Shown here: piece by piece, positions 53,668-64,000 of the stretch
Position numbering within the stretch: position 1 is the first letter of the stretch
How the letters are laid out: each line of letters opens with the position of its first letter
NCBI GenBank assembly: GCA_050084515.1
Contig: CM114271.1
Span: 21,328,001 to 21,392,000, forward strand
DNA from: Blasia pusilla
Lineage: Eukaryota
DNA length: 64,000 nt
Direction: 5' to 3'
Program-made: the position numbers and the translations under genes
The notes under the pieces: model-generated
The model's input: only the letters and a program-made list of their open reading frames with translations
Databases searched by the model: none
What the model was told of the DNA's origin: nothing

Positions 53668-55400
53668 TATATGCTGGCTTGGGTGGATCCAATGTGGACC
53701 ACATTGTTGGAGGTGGCCACTATGGTGAGCCACACTCCATTTTTTTCCGCCATGGAGGTGGCGACAATGGGAGTTGGACCAACAGGGTTGTTTTGGCTGG
53801 CCACCACCTTGTGTGAGCGTGTAGAGGTGATTGCCTCTCATTCGGAGGTGGTTGGTGAGAAGGTGGTGGACTTGCCCTTGGAGCATGTGCTCAGGGCGTC
53901 CTCCACTCAGTAATGGCAGGCTGCAGTGGTGAAGTTGGTAGATATGCTAACTCGACTAGCCATAGAGCGAGCCATGGTGATTCTTGGTGTGGTGTTATTG
54001 AATAACCAGTCTAGAGTGTTTTGCTTGGTTAGTCCCGCACGTATAGTGTACCACTTGCAACGCGTTCTACTTGATTCAGACGCACAACCCCTTATGTTAG
54101 GGAAGGCAGCGTGTTTGGTATTGGAGTTATGCAAAGGCAACATTGAGCCTTGTCCCTTAAGCTTTGAGATGCAGACCTCTATTGGAGGCGTGTCACCCAC
54201 GTAGTACATGATTCGACAAGAATTAGTTGTTAGATTCCAGCCAGAGCATGAGTTATCCTTGATTTTTGGGAGGAGACGGTTTCTTATCGGCCAAGGTGGT
54301 GATTAGGTGATGGACGGATGAGCCATTTACCTATGCGGTTTGCAAGGCATAGTGTTGGTCCACGATGTGATGTTATGACCACGTTGAAAACATTCACATG
54401 TAGTGGATAGCTAGCGGGAGAGTTTTTGCAGAGGAGCACCCATGTGGAGGACGTACATCCTAGTACCAGATAGTCCCACAAAGAGACATGTCAGGGTGGA
54501 TGTGTTTTCCCATGGTGCGGAGACCTCTTTACTGTTGTGGGTATGAGCGTTGAGTGAGAGTAGTGCAGACAAGCTCATGAGGCACGCATAAAGCTGTGTG
54601 TGTGTCTTGGAGGAGACAGAGTCAGGTGACGGTCGTGCTCTTAGACTGGAGACTTGATATCTTTGGATACCACACATATTGCGTGGAAGCGTCTAGAGGG
54701 GGGTGCAAGAGTGTTAGATCTCTTTGGAGGGATCAATGTTGTAGAATGATATCCAAATACATCCATATCTCTAAGTGGAGATAGATGAGATGGATCCGCG
54801 GACGAGCATGTGCTAGGAGATGTTGCAGGGATGACGGCACCAACGATGCTCGATGTGTATAGAGTAGTAGATCATATCACTTAGATGTGATGTCTGCTGT
54901 CCGAAGTTAGGGGGACTCAACTGCCAATTAGGGGGAAATTGTGTGGTCCCGATGTATATGTGTGAGTACATTTCGTTTATGAGTGGATCAATCCATGTGT
55001 TGGAAAGATCAATGTTGTGTGGTGTGTAGATACCACCATCGTCGTGGGTTGTGTAGCGATATAAGTGTATATGCACAAAAATTGTTACATCTTAGTTAGC
55101 CGACAGGTAAAGTTCTACTGTGTTGACAAAATAGAGGGTCAACGGGCTATTTGGGAGTAACTTCACCTTGAAATATCGGGTGAGGTTGGCAACAAGTCCA
55201 TTGCATCGGGAATATCATTTCTGAAGATGTCCTTCTTTTGATCTTTGTCAGCCAGATGTTCGGCTGGATGATCCATTGACCAAGTCCAAAATCACCCGAT
55301 AACCTGTGCACGCATATGTAGGTTACCGTTTGGAGGCTATTTTTTGGGGAAGATCTTTTTGGCTCTTCTTAAGGCTATAAGAGAGGGAGATATCTATATT
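53668..55400 (+). mobile_element. Second, internally deleted copy of the DNMT-bearing Gypsy family
   Basis: 53668-54830 is colinear with 19800-21060 (PR 'RVLLDSDAQPLMLGK'; MTase motif I 'RVLDLFGGI' ~54708-54735). A PPT-like AGGGGGAAA at 54930 precedes TG at 54940. 55100-55400 is homologous to the LTR-like 16110-16380. Confidence 0.85.
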
Positions 55401-58248
55401 ATTATGGGAGAGTGCCTTCTTGATTTGCAAACACTTCTCTAATTGGCACGTGGCAATTGGGCAACAATAAATTTGAATTTGTGTGGATCATCATTAGTCC
55501 CTTCACGTCCCTTCCTTTTACGGATTGCACACTAGCAAACACTATTCAAACATTTTTTATTTCCCCATGCATCGCGCAGACACCTTACTAGTATAAATTA
55601 TTGGAGAATGCCTTCTTGATTTGCAAACACATCTCGGTCTGACACGTGGCAACTGGACAACAAGAAAATGTTTCACATGCTATGGGCAATAAGAAAAAGA
55701 TTTGAATTTATATGCAACATCGTTAGTCCCTTCATATGCTATACATTAGCAAAAACTCTTCAAACACTTTACTAGTTTTAGCAAACACCAACCATGAGAG
55801 GAAAAGAGAGAAACCTAAAGTTCAAAGATTTATAAAATCACACTTAAACCTTCTTCCCTAATCATCCTAACTTGGCTGGACTCCTCTTGGGAATGAATTC
55901 TTGTATGGTTCAAAGTTCTTCACAATAAACATTTCCCGTATAAGGAGATCCGTATAAGCCACCTAGCTATCTTTGACTCCCCATAGTTTGTATCCGCGAT
56001 ACGGAAGCCCTTACTCCCGCTCGTTCTAACGGCACTATGGGTAGCTCCTACGGAAATCGGAACCTCACCCCTAGTTCTCCTCCCCGGCAGCGACCGGCTG
56101 GTGACCGTAGTTATTACGAGCAGGGTTCTGTCGAACGGGCCGTTGAACCTTGGTGGGCCCTCCCTTTCTGCCCGGCTCCTCTGGCCCATTCCTCAGGAGG
56201 CTGGAGCTGTGTGGATCTATTTCCGCTTTGGTCACTCCTCTATCTTTCCCTGGTCTCCTCTTCGCCCCTTGGTGCTCCTCGCGTCCATCGTGGAACGATT
56301 TGGGCGAATCGCTGCGGGATTTTGACTGTGTCGTGCGGGGGACGGTTTCTCGTAGTCGCACTCGAGCGCAGCTGGCACCTTGGACCGGATCGTGTTGGAC
56401 TTTCCGCTACCGCCGGTCGTCGTTGCTCAAGGAGTGGGGGGGCGGAGGAAATTCTGCAACGCTGAATCGGGCCATTTGTTTTTTCTGGTTAAACATTTTT
56501 TCTCGTCTCCGCGACCGAGCACAGATTGTTTGCTCGATTGCGGAGGGCATTCTGCTTTCGCTGCTGCCAGGCCGTGCCACGAGGAGTGAAGGCGGGCGAA
56601 ATTTCGCTACGAGCAATCAGAGCATCGCTCCTTCAGGTTCATTTTGTTTTGCCCACTCCTTAAAAGTTCTTGGGGAGTGCAAGAGATTAGGAGCATAAGG
56701 CGGAGGGAAGAGAGAATGCTGGAGTTGTAAAGCTCCGTGTCCAAAGATTCCCCCGAGTTTTTGTGGAAGAGTGTGAGCAATTATTGATATGTTGTCAGGC
56801 CGCAATTTTCGTTAGGGCGCCGGGCTGATTGGTGCGTGAGAGTGCCACAAAGTTTGCTTAGGTTTGGAAACACACGCGTCGTAGGGGGATTTAACGTAAA
56901 TGTACAGTGAAGGTGAGGGTTGGGGTGATTAATGCTCGGTTTTCATGTGTGGAGGCTCCAGTCGTGGATTCCACAGTCTGATGTGTCTTTCCCACGGACT
57001 CGTCGTGTGTGCTGATTTTAATAGCGATGGATTTTTTCCGATCGCAGAAGTGCTTCAAGAGGTGCTCTATGTTCCTCAGAAGTCGTATCGAACTGCTTCG
57101 GTGGCATATTCACCTGTATTGAACTTCGTGATTGTTGATCCTTCTCATGTAGAAAGTCTGCTGAGCAACATAAGGACCTCGCCTTCTGCAAGTGGTGGTC
57201 TCTTTTCTTGGTCAGCAGAAGGTACACTATCTTTCCTACGTTGAAGCCCTATTGTCATAACGTTGAGCCACGAAGGTGCAGAGAGTAACCCCGTAGCAAT
57301 GCCACCAATTGGAGTTTCATTCCCTCTAATGTAGGCAACAAATCAAACAAGAGGCTAAACAAAATGTCCGACTGGTTTGATCTAAGGATTTTTGCATTCT
57401 TTGTCTCGTAAACGATTCCAGAGGTTTCTTTTCAACGGAGATCAAACGCTTGTCCGGTGTGAACACAGAAATGACATTTATCCTGGTAATTTCACTCTGA
57501 CGAAATTGAATTGGATAAGGAACTCTGGTGAACACGTTCTGAGGTTAATCAAGTGGTTTTAGTTGGATGTCCTAAAGAAACCCTAGCACTAGATGCGGTT
57601 TTTAGGGCTGGGCAAGTAGTATTTGGGCTGTTTCTACGTTCGTGACGGAATATGTATTCACTCTCATCCTTCCTGACGGAAATGTGTGTGGGTGTGATTA
57701 ATGTGCCTTCCTGAAAGTGGAACCTTCAAAGATATAGCTTTAAGTGACGCTGTTGTGGCTACAGCCTTTTCATCTCTCTACCAGTATCGTGCTTGGGAGT
57801 GAATTGGTGAATTCCGACCCTGGAAAACTGTTCTACGGAAGAGTCCTTATTCCCAATTGAGTTTATCCTTACTTCTTAACGAAATATATCTTCATATGCA
57901 ACCTGTGTATCACTTGTATGACCTCCTGTGAGAGTAGTTTGTACATGTGGTTTCTGTGCTGTCCATGCTCACAAGAATTCAAAGGGCAGTTCAATTTATT
58001 ATCACTACTTTCCAGGTTAAACACTCATTAGGTTGGTAGAATTGAATGAATGTCACATGCTCAACAGTAGCAGGTCTGTTACAATACAGTAATGTTGGAT
58101 ATATACGTGTAATACTTGCAAGATTAGAGTAGGTTGGCTTTCAAAGTTGTGGTCTGAGTCGGTGGTAGTTTATTAATGTACCACATGATTTTCAATTTTA
58201 TGTGAGTGGCTTGATATGGTGAACCATCTGACCGTGATTGCTGCAGGC

Positions 58249-61200
58249 ATGAGTGCCGGAGTACAGACTCGAAGCGCCGTGAGAGGAGCAAGATCGCAGT
58301 CTCTTTTCTACCGAGACTTGTCTGCATCCCCTGCGACGAGATCTTCCACAGTCCGTGGAGATGTGAACTCTTCCAATCCGGCAGCAGCAGCAGCTCTGTG
58401 GAGAGATAATGTCGGAGGAGGGGTAGATCCTCCTCCTCCTCCGTTCTACACCCTTGAGGATCGAATTGAGCGCTCTCCAGAAGCCACCACAGATCTCTCC
58501 TTTCGCTCTCCAGATCCGAAATTCACTGAAAACAAAGTTTCTTTCACAAGGACAATCCACTCACCTCCAAGTGGAAGAGGAGGTTATGGACTACCTTATG
58601 GAGATAGCTCAGCACTTCATGGTTCACCCAGTACTCCTCAAACTCAAACACCTGCCACCAACTCTTGGTGGTCTCCTCTACGAGAAAGAGTAAATGTGGA
58701 CAGTGGGCGTAATAGGGATTCTGCAGATAGAGAAGGAAGCAGTCCTGTATCTGGTGTCGTACAACAACAATCTTCAGGGGGCTTGCTAACGCTGCCTGCA
58801 CCAAGGGAGATTATCCGACCTGGTCTACACAGTAGTGGACCCTTTGAGAAGGGCGTCGAAGGTGAAGAATGGGTGACAGTTTTTGGGTAATACTCGGTGA
58901 CCTCTTTGTTAGGATTTCATACAAATTTGTCTGCTATTCTAAATCTTTCCTCCATTGTTTTTATTTAGTTTTAATTATGGTTAGTTCTGCAAACTATGGT
59001 TGGAAGTTCACCATGGTTACAAGTCTCACTTCAGTTAGATTACTAATTATTTCTTAACCATTCTTGTTGGTTCTGGTTATTTTAATTGTGCTCATGGTGT
59101 GCTGGCCTGCCCCTGTTGTGCTTGCCTGCTCCTGTTGTGCTGGCCCTTCCCTCCAGCTCCCCTTCTAGGAAACTAAATAACTCTCTCTTTTACCTACTTT
59201 GATTCACTTCTACTCCTGCTTTCTAAGGCAGTATGTCTTGAGATTAGCTCTTACACACCTGAACCCCTGCTGGTGCCTTGATCAACTTAGAAGACATGTG
59301 TGTTGGTGTGGAGAATGTTCCAAGAACCAATCTACCACATACTCCTGCATCTTGGTTTCAACCACCTCTCTTCAGGTCTTGTGTATTCTGATAAGGTGTT
59401 GCTTTGCCAAGCACCCAGTTCTTATTAGACGCTGCAGACTAGTTCTGTATGGAATCCATTTCAGATTTGCTCTTTCAGGATTGTAAATGATTACCCTCAT
59501 GTACATGGTTCAGTGGAAGATTGTGTTGGGATCTACTATCTTTCTATGCTTTTAAAGTTTTAAAAGTGAGATCTGAGAGAAGTAGAATTGTGATTTCAAC
59601 ATTCTTCAAATCATTCACAACGGACAATCTATATGAATGGAAGAATTGTTTATGCAGCCCTTAAGAATTATTTTCACATTGGTGATATATGCTGTCTGTC
59701 CTAGTATGTTGTCTCGCTTTGCTGGGAAGCCTCTTCCCAGCAAAGCGAGACAACATACTAGGTATCGTAGAATAGATAGTGTTGGTACAGAAGATGGATT
59801 ATATGTCAAGATGTGGCTACAAATCAGATTTTATTGCTATTTGAGGGATTTTTTGAAGTTTGGGTGTGATAGATGTTTCCTCTACTATGTGAGGTGGCAC
59901 AATGATGTCTTCGTTCATTATCTCAAAATTGGGGAGCATTTTTCATTACAGGATTGCCAATGGTCTGTGTCGTGTCCTGTGGATTTCACAGTATTTATAT
60001 CAGTTTTCCTTTCACCCTTAGAAGCTCAAAGGACTGGAGGTGAGCAGGGTGGATTCTAGTAGTTTGGGCTTCTTTCCAGTGTCGTTGAACATGCAATAAA
60101 GCACAAAATTAGAACTCCCGTCTCATGGAGGATTTGAAGTAGAGAACCCAGTGTTTCCAGGACATAGCATTGAAATGTGTAGCCCAGGCATGAACTTATT
60201 TTAGTCTCTGCTGGTGATCAAGCAGATTTGGTGTTGAAGAAACAAATGCGATAATGCGAGAGTTTGAGAAATGTGGCCCAATTGTAAACCATGTTTCAGG
60301 TCCAGGTGGTGCAAACTGGTTGCACATCCAGTATCAGGTATGTGGGTTGATGTTAATGTCTGTGAAGGGAACATTTTTACATGTTGAACATGTGAAATTG
60401 ATATTTGTACGCTGATTGTCACTCAAATAGGTTCCCATGTGAATGCTCCTGAAATTACTCTTTTTATTAATGCGAAGGAGACGTGAGTTCTCTTGAATGT
60501 TCCATCTTCTCATCATTGGATTCATGTTAAAAGTCTTGAATAAAATTATGATGTCTGCCATGGGTTCTTTCTCGTGCAAGAAGCACAGGGTAGATTTAGT
60601 GAGTGAGTTTTATGAAAGCTTCACATCCATCTTTCCATCCAAGTTATGTATAAATGAGATGGTTCAGAATCAGTTTCATGATTGAAGATATTAGAAAATA
60701 CAGTTACTCTGATGAGTTGTCTGTCATGGGCTCTTTCCTGCCGGAAAAGCACATGGTAGACTTAGCCACATGGGTCAAGAAAGATTGAGTACACTTTGTG
60801 TTCAAATTTAAATATATACCTTTCCATTCAAGTCATAGAGATATCTGTCCTTTGTATTACTGGTTAATAATAATGAGAAGTCCTCAATTTGTGTAACTTC
60901 CAGATGAGCTGTTAAACTTGTTTAACTTGCAGAGTTGATCCACACGTGTTTTGTTACCTTCTTCACCAGGGTTGAATTCTGTCTTACTCTGCGACGATTT
61001 TTGTTTCTTCTTGGCAGAATGCATATGATGCTCAGAAGGCTTTACAGAAAAATGGGATTCAACTGAATGGCGCCCTCATAGTGGGTGTTAAGCCACTAGA
61101 TCCTGTTCAGCGTCAAGCCCTCTTGGAGAAGTTGAATAGGGGCGGCCTTTCATTCATGGCACTTCCACCTCGAACACCCGTGAGGAGCACCACAGCAACT

Positions 61201-61332
61201 GTCAAGCCCTCAGGATGGTCTTTTGCTTCTCAACCTGCAGAATCTGGACAAGCAGCACGTACTGTTGCTGCAATTGCTTCTCCTGCAAAGTCGACTCTTT
61301 CTAAGCTTGTCGACATTGTTTTCGGCATGTGA
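58249..61332 (+). CDS. NUP35: Nuclear pore complex protein NUP35 (MPPN/Nup53 RRM-like); exons 58249-58886, 60226-60337, 61018-61332
   Basis: GT-AG introns join in frame: 'MSAG...SQSLFYRDLSASP...PPPPFYTLEDR...EEWVTVFG|FGVEETNAIMREFEKCG...NWLHIQYQ|NAYDAQKALQKNGIQLNGALIVGVKPLDP...LVDIVFGM*'. The ATG sits just after a CTGCAG acceptor, suggesting a 5'-UTR intron. Confidence 0.93.
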
Positions 61333-63129
61333 AGTAAATCCAGTACTGTCGTTGAGGCAAAACCTGAAGAATATGCTGGTGACTTACTTTATCGACTGGC
61401 AAATCTATTAGAAGTAGATGCCTAGATGGGTGCAATTACTATTCAATTAGTGGTACTAATATCTCCTTTATACTTGACCAATAGGTCACAGAGTAGGAAG
61501 AGGGTCCTCTCTCCACATTTAGGATCAGATTCAGTTAACTGTCCTGCAAGATGTTTGATTCCTGTGGCAATTCTTGACCAACTTATTGAGTTCAAATTTT
61601 AGTTCAGTGCCATATGTGCAATGTTAGGGCTGGGAGTTTTCAGGAGCATTTTTTCATACAGCATTTTTGGCGCGCGGTGTGAAAGCTCAAGTAACAACCT
61701 TGAGTATCTTGGGCAACCCTCCGTGTGACCTGATTGTATCGTCTGAGGTTGTCAATCAATTTGTGGAACATGACATCTTGAAACATGTCTCTGATCGGGA
61801 TGTGCAATTCTATCTTTGGATTGTGATTGTGATCTACTCTTAGGTCATAAACTACCCTCTGAATCTTGTGATGTGTGGATTGAGACCAGCCTGCCTTGAT
61901 CCTTTTATCTGCAGAGACACTTGGCTAGCAGGATGTGAATTTTACTTGTTGGCAGTGTTTTGCAATTCAAGTGTGTAATAGTAGTATCTCGGATTCAACT
62001 GAATCAAATATGTTTCCAGAGCCCTTTTACAGGCCCAAACTGGGATTGGGAGCATTCTTCTGCTGAGAGCTGATTGGAGAGCTAACTGGGGAATTTTAAT
62101 TGAATTTGTCTCAAGCAAGTGTTAGGTAAAGTAGCTAACTACTTTGAGGAAGGGTAACTCTTGAGGCGTTTAATGCTCATTGGAATTCCTGGAGTTGAGT
62201 GTGCTAAGCAGTGTCACGTGAGGAAAAAAATCAAGGGTTTAGAGAGGTGCGGGGAGCAAGTGAACTGATCAGTAACTTGGGAAAGCAAAGCTGGAAGGTT
62301 TCCGCAGGAATGTACGCAGAAGCTTTAGGAAAGAGGGGTCTCCGGAATGGTTAGCAGTGGCATGGCAATTTGTTAAGAGTGTTTCTCTTATGGATTAAAT
62401 TGGTGGGCCCTTTCCATGTCGCCTTGTTATCTTATTCCACTTTGAATGATGAGTCTATGTTGTTGTGTGAATCCCTTCGAGTTTGGGGGGGATTCTCCCC
62501 TCATGCTTTGGTTTGTGAAAGGAAATCCTCGAGCAAGAAGTAGAGAGAGATTATTAGCTGCATTCTGATTAGTTGTGTAGGATTGCTCTTGCTTTTAAAT
62601 GAGAAACCTGAATGCAAGATGGAGATAGGCATTCAAGGTGTTGGATGTCATTGCTATCACTATGGGAACATTGAATATTGAACTTCCAGTTTTTTTATCT
62701 GCAAACCTCTCATCTTTATGTGCAAACCTCTGTGATTGGCATACGCAGATACCCTTTCATTTGTTTGTTTCGTAAAAAATGAAAGGAAGTCTATTTGTGA
62801 GATCTCCATTGTGAGTAGCATGTAGCTCTCGAGACACTAAATGTGGAAAGTGATCAAACGTGTCTCTAACTACTTGCGCCACACACTTACAAGGCCATTG
62901 CAATTCTCAAGAACCACAAAACTAGTTTATGTCGCCACCATATGGCTATGGGGAGTTATTAAAACTATGGTGTGGATATGCGAGATGCTACAAATTAACA
63001 CAACACTTCATAGTGTGATGGGAGTGTCAAAACTCATGAGACTAAAAAAGGGACTTACAAGGCAAAAATTGCACTCAATTTTTTACTCTATAACTTTTGG
63101 AGATGAGTAGCCACTCTTTTATAGAATAC

Positions 63130-64000
63130 CATTTTGTGATGCCCGTTGTCAATTGTTGTGCCATGCCACTTGAGGCCCTACCACCTTGTGTTGTTGTGAA
63201 GTCGCACCATGTTGTTGAGTAATGTGTGGTCATAGCTGTAGCCGCCTTGTATTACTTGTGACCACATCACGTCATTGAGAGAAATTGTATTGTGTCAATA
63301 TTGGGGAGTATGATTGATTGGTGAGTGGAGAAGTTTGGTCAGTTGTATCAGTTGGCTCCTGCCTAGAAGCGACATCGACATTGTGTTTCAGGTTATCCAT
63401 CCTAGGCCCTAGGCCTTTTTGGAGGAAAAGTCTGGTACCGCATCATCTAGAGCATTGAGTGGTTCCAAGTTGTGGGCATACGAGATGGATAATCTAGTCG
63501 TAAGACCTCAAAGGTTTTCAAGGGCCGTGGGGACCATTGAGTTGGACCACTTCCTTGCAGAGTTTTGAAGGTGATGTGACTTCCAGAGGGCAAGGAACTC
63601 CCAAGAGTAAACCCCTTTATAGATTGGAACGACATGTTTCAACATTTGGAGGGGTGGCCTATGGACAACTATCACAAGTTCTTGGCCTCGTTTCAACGGT
63701 AATCAAGGCTTGGAGACATTATTACAATCCACACTGTGTATCGTGGGCAAAGTCGTTCGCAGATGATGAGGAGGAGATGGGAAAGGCTACCTCATGTACT
63801 ACTAGTGAGATCCAAGGAGGGGTAGCCCACTTTGGAACAATTGCATCATCTTGTCAAGTTTGTTTGAGGTTCAACCCCTCGGTTAAGTTCTTCTTCGAGC
63901 CAAAGAGGAACTACGAGGCTCGGGGACTTTACTCTTCATTGGATTACTTGCCCCTGTGCGAGCAAAGATAGGGGCACTTTTATTAAAAAATGGCCAAATT
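63130..64000 (+). mobile_element. Third divergent fragment (gag 5' part, possible LTR piece) of the element B family; runs off the window
   Basis: 63510-63680 aligns to 18235-18400 ('WNDMFQHLEGWPMDNY' vs 'WKGLFQHLEGPPMDDY'); 'RFNPSVKFFFEPKRNY' vs 'SFSPILEFFQELGKSY'. Confidence 0.7.

Noticed and set aside
53668-55400. Continuation of element B after a single CACTA insertion
   Set aside because: It resumes at a position homologous to ~19800 rather than 24100, is clearly diverged, and no 3-bp TSD links 24101 and 53667.
58216-58248. Upstream ATG as the NUP35 start
   Set aside because: It lies before a CTGCAG acceptor (probably intronic), and similarity to plant NUP35 begins at MSAG (58249).

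Overview
Eukaryotic, transposon-dense nuclear DNA, most likely from a bryophyte (inferred from the liverwort-like nad6 fragment and the plant-type NUP35 and RSH sequences). There is one intact host gene, NUP35 (3 coding exons, 58249-61332). The rest is a nest of decayed mobile elements: a LINE-like relic; a complete hAT element (8-bp TSD CTGTGGGT); a chromodomain Ty3/Gypsy element (TSD TCCAT) whose 3' LTR contains a mitochondrial nad6 insertion; a solo LTR (TSD GGTGG); and three CACTA-type elements, one of them a complete non-autonomous 'Pack-CACTA' (TSD AAA) carrying an intron-containing RelA/SpoT (RSH) gene fragment. The most striking feature is a Ty3/Gypsy family encoding a DNMT3-like C5 cytosine methyltransferase domain inside pol (gag - PR - DNMT - RT - RNaseH - INT). 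Three divergent pieces of this family occur in the window. All calls come from reading the sequence by eye; boundaries without a TSD or TIR are approximate.
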